Virus record (IMG/VR): IMGVR_UViG_3300042864_001264
Origin: an uncultured virus (IMG/VR IMGVR_UViG_3300042864_001264)
Taxonomy: Duplodnaviria > Heunggongvirae > Uroviricota > Caudoviricetes
DNA: 53,864 bases
Direction: 5' to 3' (one strand)
Position numbers and translations under genes: made by a program. The notes below the pieces were generated by a model. It had not been told where the DNA came from. It made no database searches and saw nothing but the letters and a program-made list of their open reading frames with translations. Of this stretch, positions 37,766 through 46,201 are shown in pieces. How positions within the stretch are numbered: position 1 is the first letter of the stretch; the number at the start of each line of letters is the position of its first letter.

Positions 37766-38344
37766 ATGGCAGATCAAGGTACAGCAGCACGTTTAATTGA
37801 AGTTGCTACAGCAGAACTAGGAACTATTGAAGGTCCTAAAGATAACGAAACAAAGTATGGTGCTTACACAAAAGCTAACTTCCAACCATGGTGCGGAAGT
37901 TTTGTTAACTGGTGCGGTAACGAGGCAGGAGTAAAGATTCCTAATACTGTTTACACCCCAGGTGGCGCTGCAGCATTTAAGAAAGCGGGGGCATGGATTG
38001 ACGGAGACATTGCAGATCCAGAGCCAGGAGATATCGCCTATTTTGATTTCCCTTCAGACGGTGTTGATAGAATTTCTCATGTTGGAATTGTTATCAAGGA
38101 TAACGAAGACGGAACTGTATGGTGTATAGAAGGAAACACTAGCCCAGATAAAAAGGGAAGCCAAAGAAATGGCGGACAGGTTTCAAAGAAGCTCCGTGCA
38201 TTTAAAAAGAATAAAGCTGGAGAAATGATTTCTATAGTAGGTTTTGGCCGCCCAAAGTTTGGCACAGTCTCTAAAGTTGTAGATAAGCCAGCGGCAAAAA
38301 CTACATCATCTAAACCAAAGAAGTGTCCTACTTGCGGTAAATGA
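37766..38344 (+). CDS. Endolysin, CHAP-domain peptidase
   Basis: PWCGSFV, PGDIAYF, HVGIV, IEGNT. Confidence 0.85.
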   Translation: MADQGTAARLIEVATAELGTIEGPKDNETKYGAYTKANFQPWCGSFVNWCGNEAGVKIPNTVYTPGGAAAFKKAGAWIDGDIADPEPGDIAYFDFPSDGVDRISHVGIVIKDNEDGTVWCIEGNTSPDKKGSQRNGGQVSKKLRAFKKNKAGEMISIVGFGRPKFGTVSKVVDKPAAKTTSSKPKKCPTCGK

Positions 38345-38484
38345 AAAAATATTCAATTAAGATAGAAATCGATGCAGTAGTAGAGGCATTTAGCCCTGAA
38401 GATGCAAAAGAATATGTCAGTGATATATTTGGAACTGATGAAGAAATTATCTCAGTAAAAATTAAAAAAATAGAAGAAAAATAA
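38341..38484 (+). CDS. Small hypothetical protein (47 aa)
   Basis: MKKYSIKIEIDAVVEAFSPEDAKEY...; ATGA overlap. Confidence 0.6.
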   Translation: MKKYSIKIEIDAVVEAFSPEDAKEYVSDIFGTDEEIISVKIKKIEEK

Positions 38485-38500
38485 TATATTGTCTTTTGTA

Positions 38501-38530
38501 TTGACAAGCCCTAAGTAACACCTGTATAAT
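38501..38530 (+). promoter_or_regulatory. Promoter
   Basis: TTGACA-18-TATAAT. Confidence 0.7.
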
Positions 38531-38563
38531 AACATATAGGTTCAAAATAGATAAACAGGAAAA

Positions 38564-38797
38564 ATGTTACATCTTTATGAAAATGGAATAGAGCTTTTAA
38601 GAAAAAAAGCTAATGGTAAAAATTTAGACATTTATTGGAACAATTATGATTTGATTGTTTGGAATAAAGACGATGGCGGGTTCTTTAGCACCAGCGGTGC
38701 TTATAGAAATAATAGCTGGGGAATCAAAAAAGAATTCTCAGTAAATGAAAAAGGAACATGGGCCCTGCCAGGTAAGTATGTCAAATATTTTAGATAA
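38564..38797 (+). CDS. Hypothetical protein
   Basis: 77-aa ORF with SD. Confidence 0.65.
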   Translation: MLHLYENGIELLRKKANGKNLDIYWNNYDLIVWNKDDGGFFSTSGAYRNNSWGIKKEFSVNEKGTWALPGKYVKYFR

Positions 38798-39074
38798 CTA
38801 CAGATACGATGAAAATGATATAGAGTGGCAAGATTTAGCGGCATGTTTAGGAATGGACACGCTACTATTTTTTGAAAAATATGAGTCAGATATCCAGATT
38901 GCAAAAGCTGTAGATCAATGCTGCCTTTCATGCCCAGTAAGAAAGATGTGCTACCAGGCTGGTATAGATAATACTGAGTACGGTGTTTGGGGCGGAGTAT
39001 ACTTAACTCTAGGAAAAGCTGATAAGATGAAGAATGAGCACAAAACAAAAGAAATTTGGAAGAAGATAAAATGA
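38778..39074 (+). CDS. whiB: WhiB-family transcription regulator
   Basis: W...AAC...FF...C-x2-C-PV-x3-C...GVWGG. Confidence 0.9.
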   Translation: MSNILDNYRYDENDIEWQDLAACLGMDTLLFFEKYESDIQIAKAVDQCCLSCPVRKMCYQAGIDNTEYGVWGGVYLTLGKADKMKNEHKTKEIWKKIK

Positions 39075-39379
39075 TATTTATAAATAAAGACAAAGATCAC
39101 TTTAAGTATGGAATAAATCAATGGACTGGTGAGCCGAACAAGCCAGTGTTTTATAATGCAGAAATGAAAAAAAGATTAAGGGAATTGCCAAAGCCTATGT
39201 TCCTACTTATGGATGTAGTCCAATACCCAGAATTCTTGGCATTACGTTTATATGAAGATAATTTTATTCAATTTGATGGAATAGAAAAAGAAAAAGTAAT
39301 TGATTATGTAACAAAAGCAAAAAAACTACTTGAGTCTTACGGTGTTCGAGTAGAACTAGAAGGGAAGCCAGCATCTTGA
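39071..39379 (+). CDS. Hypothetical protein
   Basis: Coupled ORF. Confidence 0.65.
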   Translation: MIFINKDKDHFKYGINQWTGEPNKPVFYNAEMKKRLRELPKPMFLLMDVVQYPEFLALRLYEDNFIQFDGIEKEKVIDYVTKAKKLLESYGVRVELEGKPAS

Positions 39380-39615
39380 ACGAAAAAATATTTTGTTACT
39401 CATGTAACAAAACAAAGAATAAGCTAAATTTGAAGAAATCATCTTTATTAAATATAAATCTATTCTTGTGTCAAACATGCATAGATGAAAAGTTTGAGCC
39501 TAGATGGGTTGTACTTATTGCTGGAAGACAAAATGGGCATGAACATGTCAAAGATTTTATACAAAAGAAGCGATATGTAGGTACAGAAATATTAGCATCT
39601 GAGCTTCTAACTTAG
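39376..39615 (+). CDS. Small zinc-finger protein
   Basis: CYSC...CQTC. Confidence 0.65.
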   Translation: MNEKIFCYSCNKTKNKLNLKKSSLLNINLFLCQTCIDEKFEPRWVVLIAGRQNGHEHVKDFIQKKRYVGTEILASELLT

Positions 39616-39644
39616 ATTAAATATACTGTATAATATGATATATA

Positions 39645-39959
39645 ATGGAAATATCATATCTAACAATACTAATATCAATATTAGCAGCGACCCTCAGCGG
39701 ATTTGGAACTGCAATAATTGCTGGAGTTAGAGACGCTAAAAAAGAAAGAAATAGGCGGGAAGAAAAAGAAAAAGACCAGCTTAGATTAGATATAAAAGAC
39801 CTTAAAATAGAGCTATATCAGTTAGAAAAAGAATTAACTGAATGGAAAGATAAATATTATAAGGCAATACAGGACTTAATTGAAATGAGATCTGAATTAG
39901 ATAGTGTTATGAGCCAGCTAAATCACATGGAATATCATGAGATGCTGGACACAGAATAA
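39645..39959 (+). CDS. Membrane-anchored coiled-coil protein
   Basis: N-terminal TM followed by a heptad-rich region. Confidence 0.65.
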   Translation: MEISYLTILISILAATLSGFGTAIIAGVRDAKKERNRREEKEKDQLRLDIKDLKIELYQLEKELTEWKDKYYKAIQDLIEMRSELDSVMSQLNHMEYHEMLDTE

Positions 39960-39980
39960 TTAAAATAGTACAATAAATAC

Positions 39981-40538
39981 ATGACTTGTATTGTTGCTAT
40001 TGCCCAGGGTGGTGTCGTTTATATGGCATCAGATCATGCTGCCTCAGACGATAAAACTGGTTGGATCCTGTCAAGAAAAGAACCAAAGTGTTTTAAAGTT
40101 GGTCAGTATGCTATTGCATTTACAGATTCATTTCGCATGGGGCAAATTCTTCAGTATATGTGGACTCCACCAAAATACACACCAACAAAAACTAATTCTG
40201 GATTAGATAAGTTTATGAGAACTAAGTTTGTTGATTCTGTTAAGGCTGCATTTAAAGAGCATGGATACGGAAGCATTGGATCATCATCTGAGGAAGATAC
40301 TGGTGGAATTTTTATAGTAGGTCTTGAAGGTAGAATCTTTACTATAGATGAAGACTTCCATGTTGGAGAAAACATAGTAAACTATATGGCAGAAGGAAGC
40401 GGCGGACAGATAGCATTAGGTGCACTTCATGCTACAAAGAATCAAAAGAACCCAAGACTGAGGCTTAAGGCAGCATTAGAAGCAGCAACTGAGTTTAACA
40501 TGAGCGTAGCAGCCCCCTATACATATATTCAAGTTTAG
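39981..40538 (+). CDS. Proteasome-beta / HslV-like Ntn-hydrolase
   Basis: N-terminal Thr nucleophile (M-TCIVA), MASD, K33-like EPK, AEGSGG. Confidence 0.75.
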   Translation: MTCIVAIAQGGVVYMASDHAASDDKTGWILSRKEPKCFKVGQYAIAFTDSFRMGQILQYMWTPPKYTPTKTNSGLDKFMRTKFVDSVKAAFKEHGYGSIGSSSEEDTGGIFIVGLEGRIFTIDEDFHVGENIVNYMAEGSGGQIALGALHATKNQKNPRLRLKAALEAATEFNMSVAAPYTYIQV

Positions 40539-40552
40539 TGTACAATTAGGTA

Positions 40553-40765
40553 ATGGACATCAACGACTTAAGACCAGACTACTCCAGATCAATGGATATC
40601 AGGGGAGTCCCAACACACGTATGCCCATGTGGATGCGAGATATGGAATCTTAAAGTTATTTTTGATGATTCTGAAATAGCAACTTACTTTTTAGATATGG
40701 AGTGTGCCTACTGTGGCACACTGGCAACAGCACCAACGCCACTGGATAGAAACGAAGAAGAATGA
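40553..40765 (+). CDS. Small zinc-ribbon protein
   Basis: CPCGC...CAYCG. Confidence 0.65.
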   Translation: MDINDLRPDYSRSMDIRGVPTHVCPCGCEIWNLKVIFDDSEIATYFLDMECAYCGTLATAPTPLDRNEEE

Positions 40766-40941
40766 GATCACAAAGAAGAATAGACTTTCTAGAGCTTGAA
40801 ATTTATAAGCTTAGAATTGAATTAGACATAATGCATGAAATTATTAATAATGTTGTTAACAATCAAGTTCAAGCTGCCGAGGCAAACAGCATAGATTCTG
40901 GCAAGTGGTACCCACGTAGTCGTCCACAGCAGAATTCATAA
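40762..40941 (+). CDS. Hypothetical protein (59 aa)
   Basis: MRSQRRIDFLELEIYKLRIELD...; ATGA overlap. Confidence 0.6.
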   Translation: MRSQRRIDFLELEIYKLRIELDIMHEIINNVVNNQVQAAEANSIDSGKWYPRSRPQQNS

Positions 40942-40945
40942 CCTA

Positions 40946-40974
40946 TTGACAACCACTTCTCAATTTAGTAGAAT
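40946..40974 (+). promoter_or_regulatory. Leaderless promoter
   Basis: TTGACA-17-TAGAAT, ATG 7 nt later. Confidence 0.7.
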
Positions 40975-40981
40975 TAGCTTT

Positions 40982-41959
40982 ATGAAAAAACTACTAACGA
41001 TGGCTCTAATTGCCACAACACTAACTATCACCACAATGCCTTCTCAGGCAGCCCCAAAGGCCAACACTCTAAAGTCAACAACATCAGTTCCAACCTTAGC
41101 TATTTTAGATAGCGCACTTGATACATCAATTCCATCTATCAAGTCACGTCTTGTAGCAGAGGTATGTATCCTTGATTTTGCTTCTTGCCCAAACGGAAAG
41201 ACTTTTATGGAGGGCCCAGGTTCATCAGTTTTGCCTATGAGCATGCTATCAACATCTTCATTTAATCATGGAACTCAAATGGTATCTGCTGCAATTCAAA
41301 GTAACCCAGGTGTCAATATTGTATTTGTAAGAATTGTAGGCAACACAAAAGCTGGAAAGCCTCAGACTTATGGACTTAACACTCTTGTAAATGCTATGAC
41401 TTGGGTGAACAATAATAGATTAAAGTATAACATTGTAGCAGTTGCATCATCAAATGCTGCATCAGCTCCAGTTATTAAAAGAAGTGCAAATAGCGCATAC
41501 TGTTCACCAACAACGCTTGATCCAGTAATATCCAGTCTAAATACATCTGGAGTGCCTGTGTTTTTCCCTGTAGGTAATAGCGGAAGCAATCCACAAATGA
41601 ATGGTAAAATTGAATGGCCCGCATGCATCAGTCAATCTGTTGCAGTAGGTGGAGTAGAGACCCTTAACCTGGATAAGCCTCAGCTTTCCTTGGTTAGCAA
41701 CTATGACAAAAACCTAGTAGACCTATGGGGAGAAATTCATCAACCCACTGTATACCCTGGAGATATTGCTGGTTATTCTTACGGAACATCTGTTTCAGTT
41801 CAAGTAATTGCTGCAAAGTATGTATATCTTAAGACGTTAAAGCCAACACTTACACCAACACAATTAATTGAATTAATGAAGTCTGCCTCTGTTGCAGTAG
41901 AGAATAAGGCAGGACAACTTGTAAATCTATTTACTTTAAGCAGGATACTTAATGGATAA
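40982..41959 (+). CDS. Secreted subtilisin-like (S8) serine protease
   Basis: Signal peptide; AILDS, NHGT, VGNSG, GTSVS triad motifs. Confidence 0.8.
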   Translation: MKKLLTMALIATTLTITTMPSQAAPKANTLKSTTSVPTLAILDSALDTSIPSIKSRLVAEVCILDFASCPNGKTFMEGPGSSVLPMSMLSTSSFNHGTQMVSAAIQSNPGVNIVFVRIVGNTKAGKPQTYGLNTLVNAMTWVNNNRLKYNIVAVASSNAASAPVIKRSANSAYCSPTTLDPVISSLNTSGVPVFFPVGNSGSNPQMNGKIEWPACISQSVAVGGVETLNLDKPQLSLVSNYDKNLVDLWGEIHQPTVYPGDIAGYSYGTSVSVQVIAAKYVYLKTLKPTLTPTQLIELMKSASVAVENKAGQLVNLFTLSRILNG

Positions 41960-42161
41960 CAAGTTAACTGTACTTGAAGAAATAATTAAAGATATTGGTG
42001 AGGAGTTGTACCAGAAATGGTACAACGCCTTGGCAATTGAAGATAGAACAGAAGAGGCTTCAAAAGCAATGGCTTCCAATGCAGGAGAGACTGCAATTTG
42101 GGTAATCCAAGCATTTATGAATAAATTTAATAGTGCTGCGGAAGAATTAAAGGGAGAGTAA
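41952..42161 (+). CDS. Hypothetical protein
   Basis: Coupled 69-aa ORF. Confidence 0.65.
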   Translation: MDNKLTVLEEIIKDIGEELYQKWYNALAIEDRTEEASKAMASNAGETAIWVIQAFMNKFNSAAEELKGE

Positions 42162-42162
42162 T

Positions 42163-42465
42163 TTGCTAGTAACAGATGAAAGTTTTGAAGGGGTTCTTAA
42201 ATCTCATGATTTAGTCCTGATAGACTTTTGGGCACCATGGTGTGGACCATGTAAAAAGATGTCTCCAATCCTAGATGAGATATCAGATGAGCTCGGACTA
42301 TGGGTTGGCAAGTTAAATGTTGATGAGAATCCTATAAAATCAGCAGAATACCTTGTCACATCAATACCTTATATGGTACTATTTAAGTCTGGTCAACCAA
42401 TAAAGACAATAACTGGCGCAAAGCCTAAGCATGTAATGCTACAGGAGCTATCCGAATGGATCTAG
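42163..42465 (+). CDS. trxA: Thioredoxin
   Basis: DFWAPWCGPCK, SIP. Confidence 0.92.
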   Translation: MLVTDESFEGVLKSHDLVLIDFWAPWCGPCKKMSPILDEISDELGLWVGKLNVDENPIKSAEYLVTSIPYMVLFKSGQPIKTITGAKPKHVMLQELSEWI

Positions 42466-42644
42466 AAAATGCAGATTTTTTAGAGTTTGAAATATGGCTT
42501 AAAAATGGTTACGACAGAGGTTGGGTGTCAGATGTATTTTGTAATACTCATGACGGTCCACCTATGACAGAAGAAGAAATGCAAGAATGGGATGAAGGCG
42601 GAGATCCGTGCTCATTCCAAGTCAAAATAAATGAACTAAACTAA
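42456..42644 (+). CDS. Hypothetical protein
   Basis: CNTHDG...GGDPC. Confidence 0.65.
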   Translation: MDLENADFLEFEIWLKNGYDRGWVSDVFCNTHDGPPMTEEEMQEWDEGGDPCSFQVKINELN

Positions 42645-42692
42645 CATTCTGTAATCGCAAAGATAACAGAGGAAATAAGGAGAATAAATTAA

Positions 42693-43832
42693 ATGAACTC
42701 ATTTAAGAAAATCGCACTAGCCATGGTTGCAGCCATGACTTTGGGCATGGTCGCAGTAGCACCTGCAAATGCTACAGTAATGACAGTAGCGGTAACGCTA
42801 GACGGAACAGCAAACACAACTAATGGTGTAATTGCTACCCCTGCCACATTACCAGTCCCAGCAGACAACACAATTGATGCAGCAGATGCACTACGTTTTG
42901 TAGCAACAGTAGCAGCGGGAACATCAGTTTCTGCAGTAGCAACTAACGCAACAATCGTATCAGCTCTACACACATCAGCAGCACCAGTTGGAGCATCGTC
43001 AGGATCATCATCCTTGACAATTGCAACAGGTACTGGAACAACTGCAACATTCTTTGTATACACAAAGACTACAGCAATCGGTACCGTTGTAATCAACAAT
43101 GGTGGAACAACTCTTACATACTATGTACAGGGTACTGCTGGCAAGATCAACAACCTAACAGTTTCAGCACCTTCAGCAGGTGCAGCAGGAACTAAGCAGG
43201 ATATCGTTGTAACAGCAACAGATGCATTTGGAAACAAGGTATCGGGTAAGTCAATTACAGCAACAGTCTTTGCTGCAACAGCAGTACTAGACACAGCAAC
43301 AGTAACAACTGGTGCTACCCTAACAGACTTTGGAACAGCAACCTTCAAGGCAACTCTTCCAACAACAGGAACACGCTCACTAATTACATTTGCTCCAACA
43401 ACATCATCTGATGCTGTTGCAGGTGCAGTAGTAGGTTTGACTGCTCCAACACTTGCACCATTTGCAGAAATTGGTGTTCGTGACCTAGTATCAGAGCTTG
43501 CAGCACAGGTTGCAGCAAAGACTGCAGCAGAAAATGCTCTTGCAGCCGCTCAGGCAAAGGCTGCCGCTGATGCTGCTACTGCAAAGTCACTTGCAGACTC
43601 AGCCGCACTTACTGCAGCAGCAGAAATTGCTAAGCTAAAGGCGGAGGCCGTAACAGCCAAGCTTGCTTCAGATAAGGCTCTTGCAGATGCAAAGCTTGCA
43701 CATGATGCAGCAATCGCTAAGTTGACTGCAGACAATGCAGCAGCAATTAAGTCCATGAAGGCAGCATTCAATAAGCTAGCTCTTCAGTGGAACAAGAAGA
43801 ACCCAAAGGCTAAGGTAACCTTAGTTAAGTAA
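42693..43832 (+). CDS. Exported Ala/Thr-rich protein with Ig-like domains and coiled-coil tail
   Basis: Signal peptide (APANA), VTATDAFGN Ig-like motif, Ala-rich helix; strong SD. Confidence 0.7.
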   Translation: MNSFKKIALAMVAAMTLGMVAVAPANATVMTVAVTLDGTANTTNGVIATPATLPVPADNTIDAADALRFVATVAAGTSVSAVATNATIVSALHTSAAPVGASSGSSSLTIATGTGTTATFFVYTKTTAIGTVVINNGGTTLTYYVQGTAGKINNLTVSAPSAGAAGTKQDIVVTATDAFGNKVSGKSITATVFAATAVLDTATVTTGATLTDFGTATFKATLPTTGTRSLITFAPTTSSDAVAGAVVGLTAPTLAPFAEIGVRDLVSELAAQVAAKTAAENALAAAQAKAAADAATAKSLADSAALTAAAEIAKLKAEAVTAKLASDKALADAKLAHDAAIAKLTADNAAAIKSMKAAFNKLALQWNKKNPKAKVTLVK

Positions 43833-43837
43833 TTAAA

Positions 43838-43881
43838 TAATGGTGAGGCTGGAGGCACGTGCCAGCCTCACCATTACTTTT
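43838..43881 (+). terminator. Intrinsic terminator
   Basis: TAATGGTGAGGCTGG / CCAGCCTCACCATTA 15-bp stem, then CTTTT. Confidence 0.75.
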
Positions 43882-43944
43882 ATGGTAAAATAGATTAAAC
43901 GCCTAAATATATTTTAGGATTAAAATAAAAAGAAATGAGTAGTT

Positions 43945-44172
43945 ATGTTAAACAAGATAAAGAATTTTTTGGGAATTAGATCAGCTGAGTCACAGATTGA
44001 ATTAATGCTAGAGCAAGTTAATGCTGAAGTATCTAAATCAACTGCTAAGAAGGTTTCTAAGAAGGCTCCAGTTAAGAAAACAGTTGCCAAAAAGGCAGTA
44101 GCAAAGAAGGCTCCTGCTAAAAAAGCGGTTTCAAAGAAAGCGCCATCTAAAAAAACAAAAAGCACAAAGTAA
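43945..44172 (+). CDS. Histone-H1/HupB-tail-like basic protein
   Basis: AKK/PAKK repeats. Confidence 0.65.
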   Translation: MLNKIKNFLGIRSAESQIELMLEQVNAEVSKSTAKKVSKKAPVKKTVAKKAVAKKAPAKKAVSKKAPSKKTKSTK

Positions 44173-44985
44173 ATGAATTTTCACTACATGTCTTTGTTTG
44201 AGGATAATTCTAGAGATGCATTAATAGAGATCTCAAACACTGTACATGAAGTGGGATATAAATCGTTGCTCTTGGTGTATGATTCATTTTTAGATAATGC
44301 TGTAGTTACTGTAGCAAATACAATAAATAAAGAACATACATTTAAGTATATAATTGCAGTAAGAACGTACTCTCTGTCTCCAGAGTATCTGGCTACTATA
44401 TATGAAACATTTGAAAAAATTGCACCAGGGCGTGTGACCTTCAACGTAATTCCTGGAAATATTAAGTTTCAAGAAACTAGTTTAAGAGATGTTGTATTTA
44501 TTGAAGATAGAATTCAGACAATAGAACAAAGAGACCAATACACCCTAGAGTGGCTTAAAAAATATAATGTATTGTCATTAAGAAAAAAATTACCACCCCT
44601 CATGCTTTCTGGTCACAGCATTGATTTTCAAAAAGCCTGTATTGAGTATGGGATAACTAATATAATGCAGTTAAGTGATTATTTAGATCAGTATAATAAT
44701 GGATTATTAAAAAATAAAAATCAAATGGTATCTGTTGCAATATTAAATGATAACTTAATAGGTAAAAATAATACTTATTTAAATAAAGTTTTAGAAAGCC
44801 ATAAGGGTACAACAATATCTGGGAATAGTGATTTTATATACAAAGAGATATTAAAGTTAAAAGAAAAAGAAGTGTCTGATATTTTAATTCATCAGCTACC
44901 ATCTAGCCATCCAAGCTCAGAAATACACAATATAATTAAAGATATAGTCAAATTGACTAGACCTTTTTTAGAAGAAATGATATAA
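44173..44985 (+). CDS. Luciferase-like (LLM) flavin monooxygenase
   Basis: GYKSLL, YIIAVR..SLSP, APGRVTFNVIPG resemble the SsuD-like N-terminus. Confidence 0.6.
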   Translation: MNFHYMSLFEDNSRDALIEISNTVHEVGYKSLLLVYDSFLDNAVVTVANTINKEHTFKYIIAVRTYSLSPEYLATIYETFEKIAPGRVTFNVIPGNIKFQETSLRDVVFIEDRIQTIEQRDQYTLEWLKKYNVLSLRKKLPPLMLSGHSIDFQKACIEYGITNIMQLSDYLDQYNNGLLKNKNQMVSVAILNDNLIGKNNTYLNKVLESHKGTTISGNSDFIYKEILKLKEKEVSDILIHQLPSSHPSSEIHNIIKDIVKLTRPFLEEMI

Positions 44986-44992
44986 TTAGAAA

Positions 44993-45193
44993 ATGGAATC
45001 AACTAAAAGAACGCTATTAAAAACAGTAAGCTGGGAAACTTTTCACCTTGTTGGAGTAGCTGGAGTAATATATTTATTTACTGGCGAGTGGGAGTATGCA
45101 AGCCTAGGAGCATTAATTTATATAGGTTGGGAAGCTTTAGGATACTTTCTGCATGAGAGAGTTTGGTCAAAGTTCGGCGGGAGAATCAAGTAA
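44993..45193 (+). CDS. DUF2061-like small membrane protein (second copy)
   Basis: ESTKRTLLKTVSW...YFLHERVW. Confidence 0.75.
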   Translation: MESTKRTLLKTVSWETFHLVGVAGVIYLFTGEWEYASLGALIYIGWEALGYFLHERVWSKFGGRIK

Positions 45194-45333
45194 TGGGAAA
45201 ACACCTAGATAAAATGCAAAGAGCATTAGCTCAAAGACAAGCAGGAACATACGCAAGTGGCCAAAAAAAGCCTGGATCCATGAACATCAAGAAAACAGGC
45301 TATAGAGGCCAGAAGGCAAAGGGATCTAAGTAG
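45193..45333 (+). CDS. Basic micro-protein (46 aa)
   Basis: MGKHLDKMQRALAQRQAG...KPGSMN; coupled. Confidence 0.55.
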   Translation: MGKHLDKMQRALAQRQAGTYASGQKKPGSMNIKKTGYRGQKAKGSK

Positions 45334-45455
45334 TGTTTGGTGATGTATGTGAGTGGGGCGGTTGTAAAAATAAGTCTACTAGACTTGCCTCTAAGCCAGA
45401 GGGTGGAATAATAGATATATGCGACTCTTGTTGGCATATCTACTATAGATCCTAA
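45333..45455 (+). CDS. Micro zinc-finger protein (40 aa)
   Basis: CEWGGC...CDSC; TAGTG coupling. Confidence 0.5.
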   Translation: MFGDVCEWGGCKNKSTRLASKPEGGIIDICDSCWHIYYRS

Positions 45456-45464
45456 TCAACTAAA

Positions 45465-45504
45465 TGCTATAATAGTCTTATAAGTGGAATACTAGTCCCA
45501 CTTA
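45465..45504 (+). promoter_or_regulatory. Extended -10 promoter with 5' hairpin
   Basis: TGC-TATAAT, then TAAGTGG...CCACTTA. Confidence 0.5.
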
Positions 45505-45530
45505 AATAAATAACCTATAGGAGTAATAAC

Positions 45531-45683
45531 ATGTCAGACGGAAAAGATTTAAACGGATTTACATCACCAAAGGTAAACGATTCAACAGTATGGGGTAACA
45601 ACGAGCAGTACGCAGCTGATCCAAAGTCAGCATTCCCATCAACAGATGTTTCAAACCAAGCGCAGGCTCAGGGTCCTAAGTAA
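45531..45683 (+). CDS. Micro-protein (50 aa)
   Basis: TAGGAG SD; MSDGKDLNGFTSPKVND...TDVSNQAQAQGPK. Confidence 0.65.
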   Translation: MSDGKDLNGFTSPKVNDSTVWGNNEQYAADPKSAFPSTDVSNQAQAQGPK

Positions 45684-45685
45684 TT

Positions 45686-45778
45686 ATGTGCTTTGAATGC
45701 GGTTGTGAAAGCGTAGGCAGCGAGACTGGAATTAAAGAAGTTAATATCCAGGATGTTTCAGATCAGGGTAATAGATAA
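45686..45778 (+). CDS. Micro-peptide MCFECGC... (30 aa)
   Basis: MCFECGCESVGSETGIKEVNIQDVSDQGNR. Confidence 0.55.
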   Translation: MCFECGCESVGSETGIKEVNIQDVSDQGNR

Positions 45779-45885
45779 TGTGTAAAGATTGTTCATGTGG
45801 TAAAGAAGAGCAGATTGAAAACGAATCTGCTGAGTCAGCAGCTACCAGAAATGTTGTAACGATATCACAAATTAAGGGCAACTAG
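45778..45885 (+). CDS. Micro-peptide MCKDCSC... (35 aa)
   Basis: MCKDCSCGKEEQIENESAESAATRNVVTISQIKGN; coupled on both sides. Confidence 0.55.
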   Translation: MCKDCSCGKEEQIENESAESAATRNVVTISQIKGN

Positions 45886-46067
45886 TGTCAGAAAACGTTG
45901 TAAACTCTGGAGAGGCAACAAAAAAGAATCCTACTCAGGGTAAATTTAAATCTGGCATACAGACAAAAAGACCCCCAATTAAGATTGATGTTAACAAGCA
46001 CGGTATCAGAAGAGAGACCCAAACGGGACCTACTGCGCCAAAGAAAACTGGAAGAAAAAAAGTTTAA
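45885..46067 (+). CDS. Basic micro-protein (60 aa)
   Basis: In ORF track; coupled. Confidence 0.55.
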   Translation: MSENVVNSGEATKKNPTQGKFKSGIQTKRPPIKIDVNKHGIRRETQTGPTAPKKTGRKKV

Positions 46068-46076
46068 GGTTTTACT

Positions 46077-46172
46077 ATGTGTGAGTTAAGAACAAGCTCA
46101 AGCGATTTATCTATTGATATATCTAGATCAATTGATGATAGCGTTGATGAAGCAGAAGCTTCTATATTTTAA
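46077..46172 (+). CDS. Micro-peptide (31 aa)
   Basis: MCELRTSSSDLSIDISRSIDDSVDEAEASIF. Confidence 0.4.
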   Translation: MCELRTSSSDLSIDISRSIDDSVDEAEASIF

Positions 46173-46201
46173 ATAGCTTTACCTAAATTGAGGATGACAT
46201 T

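Noticed and set aside
42689..43771. Several - strand Ala/Val-rich ORFs
   Set aside because: Antisense shadows of the codon-biased exported protein gene.
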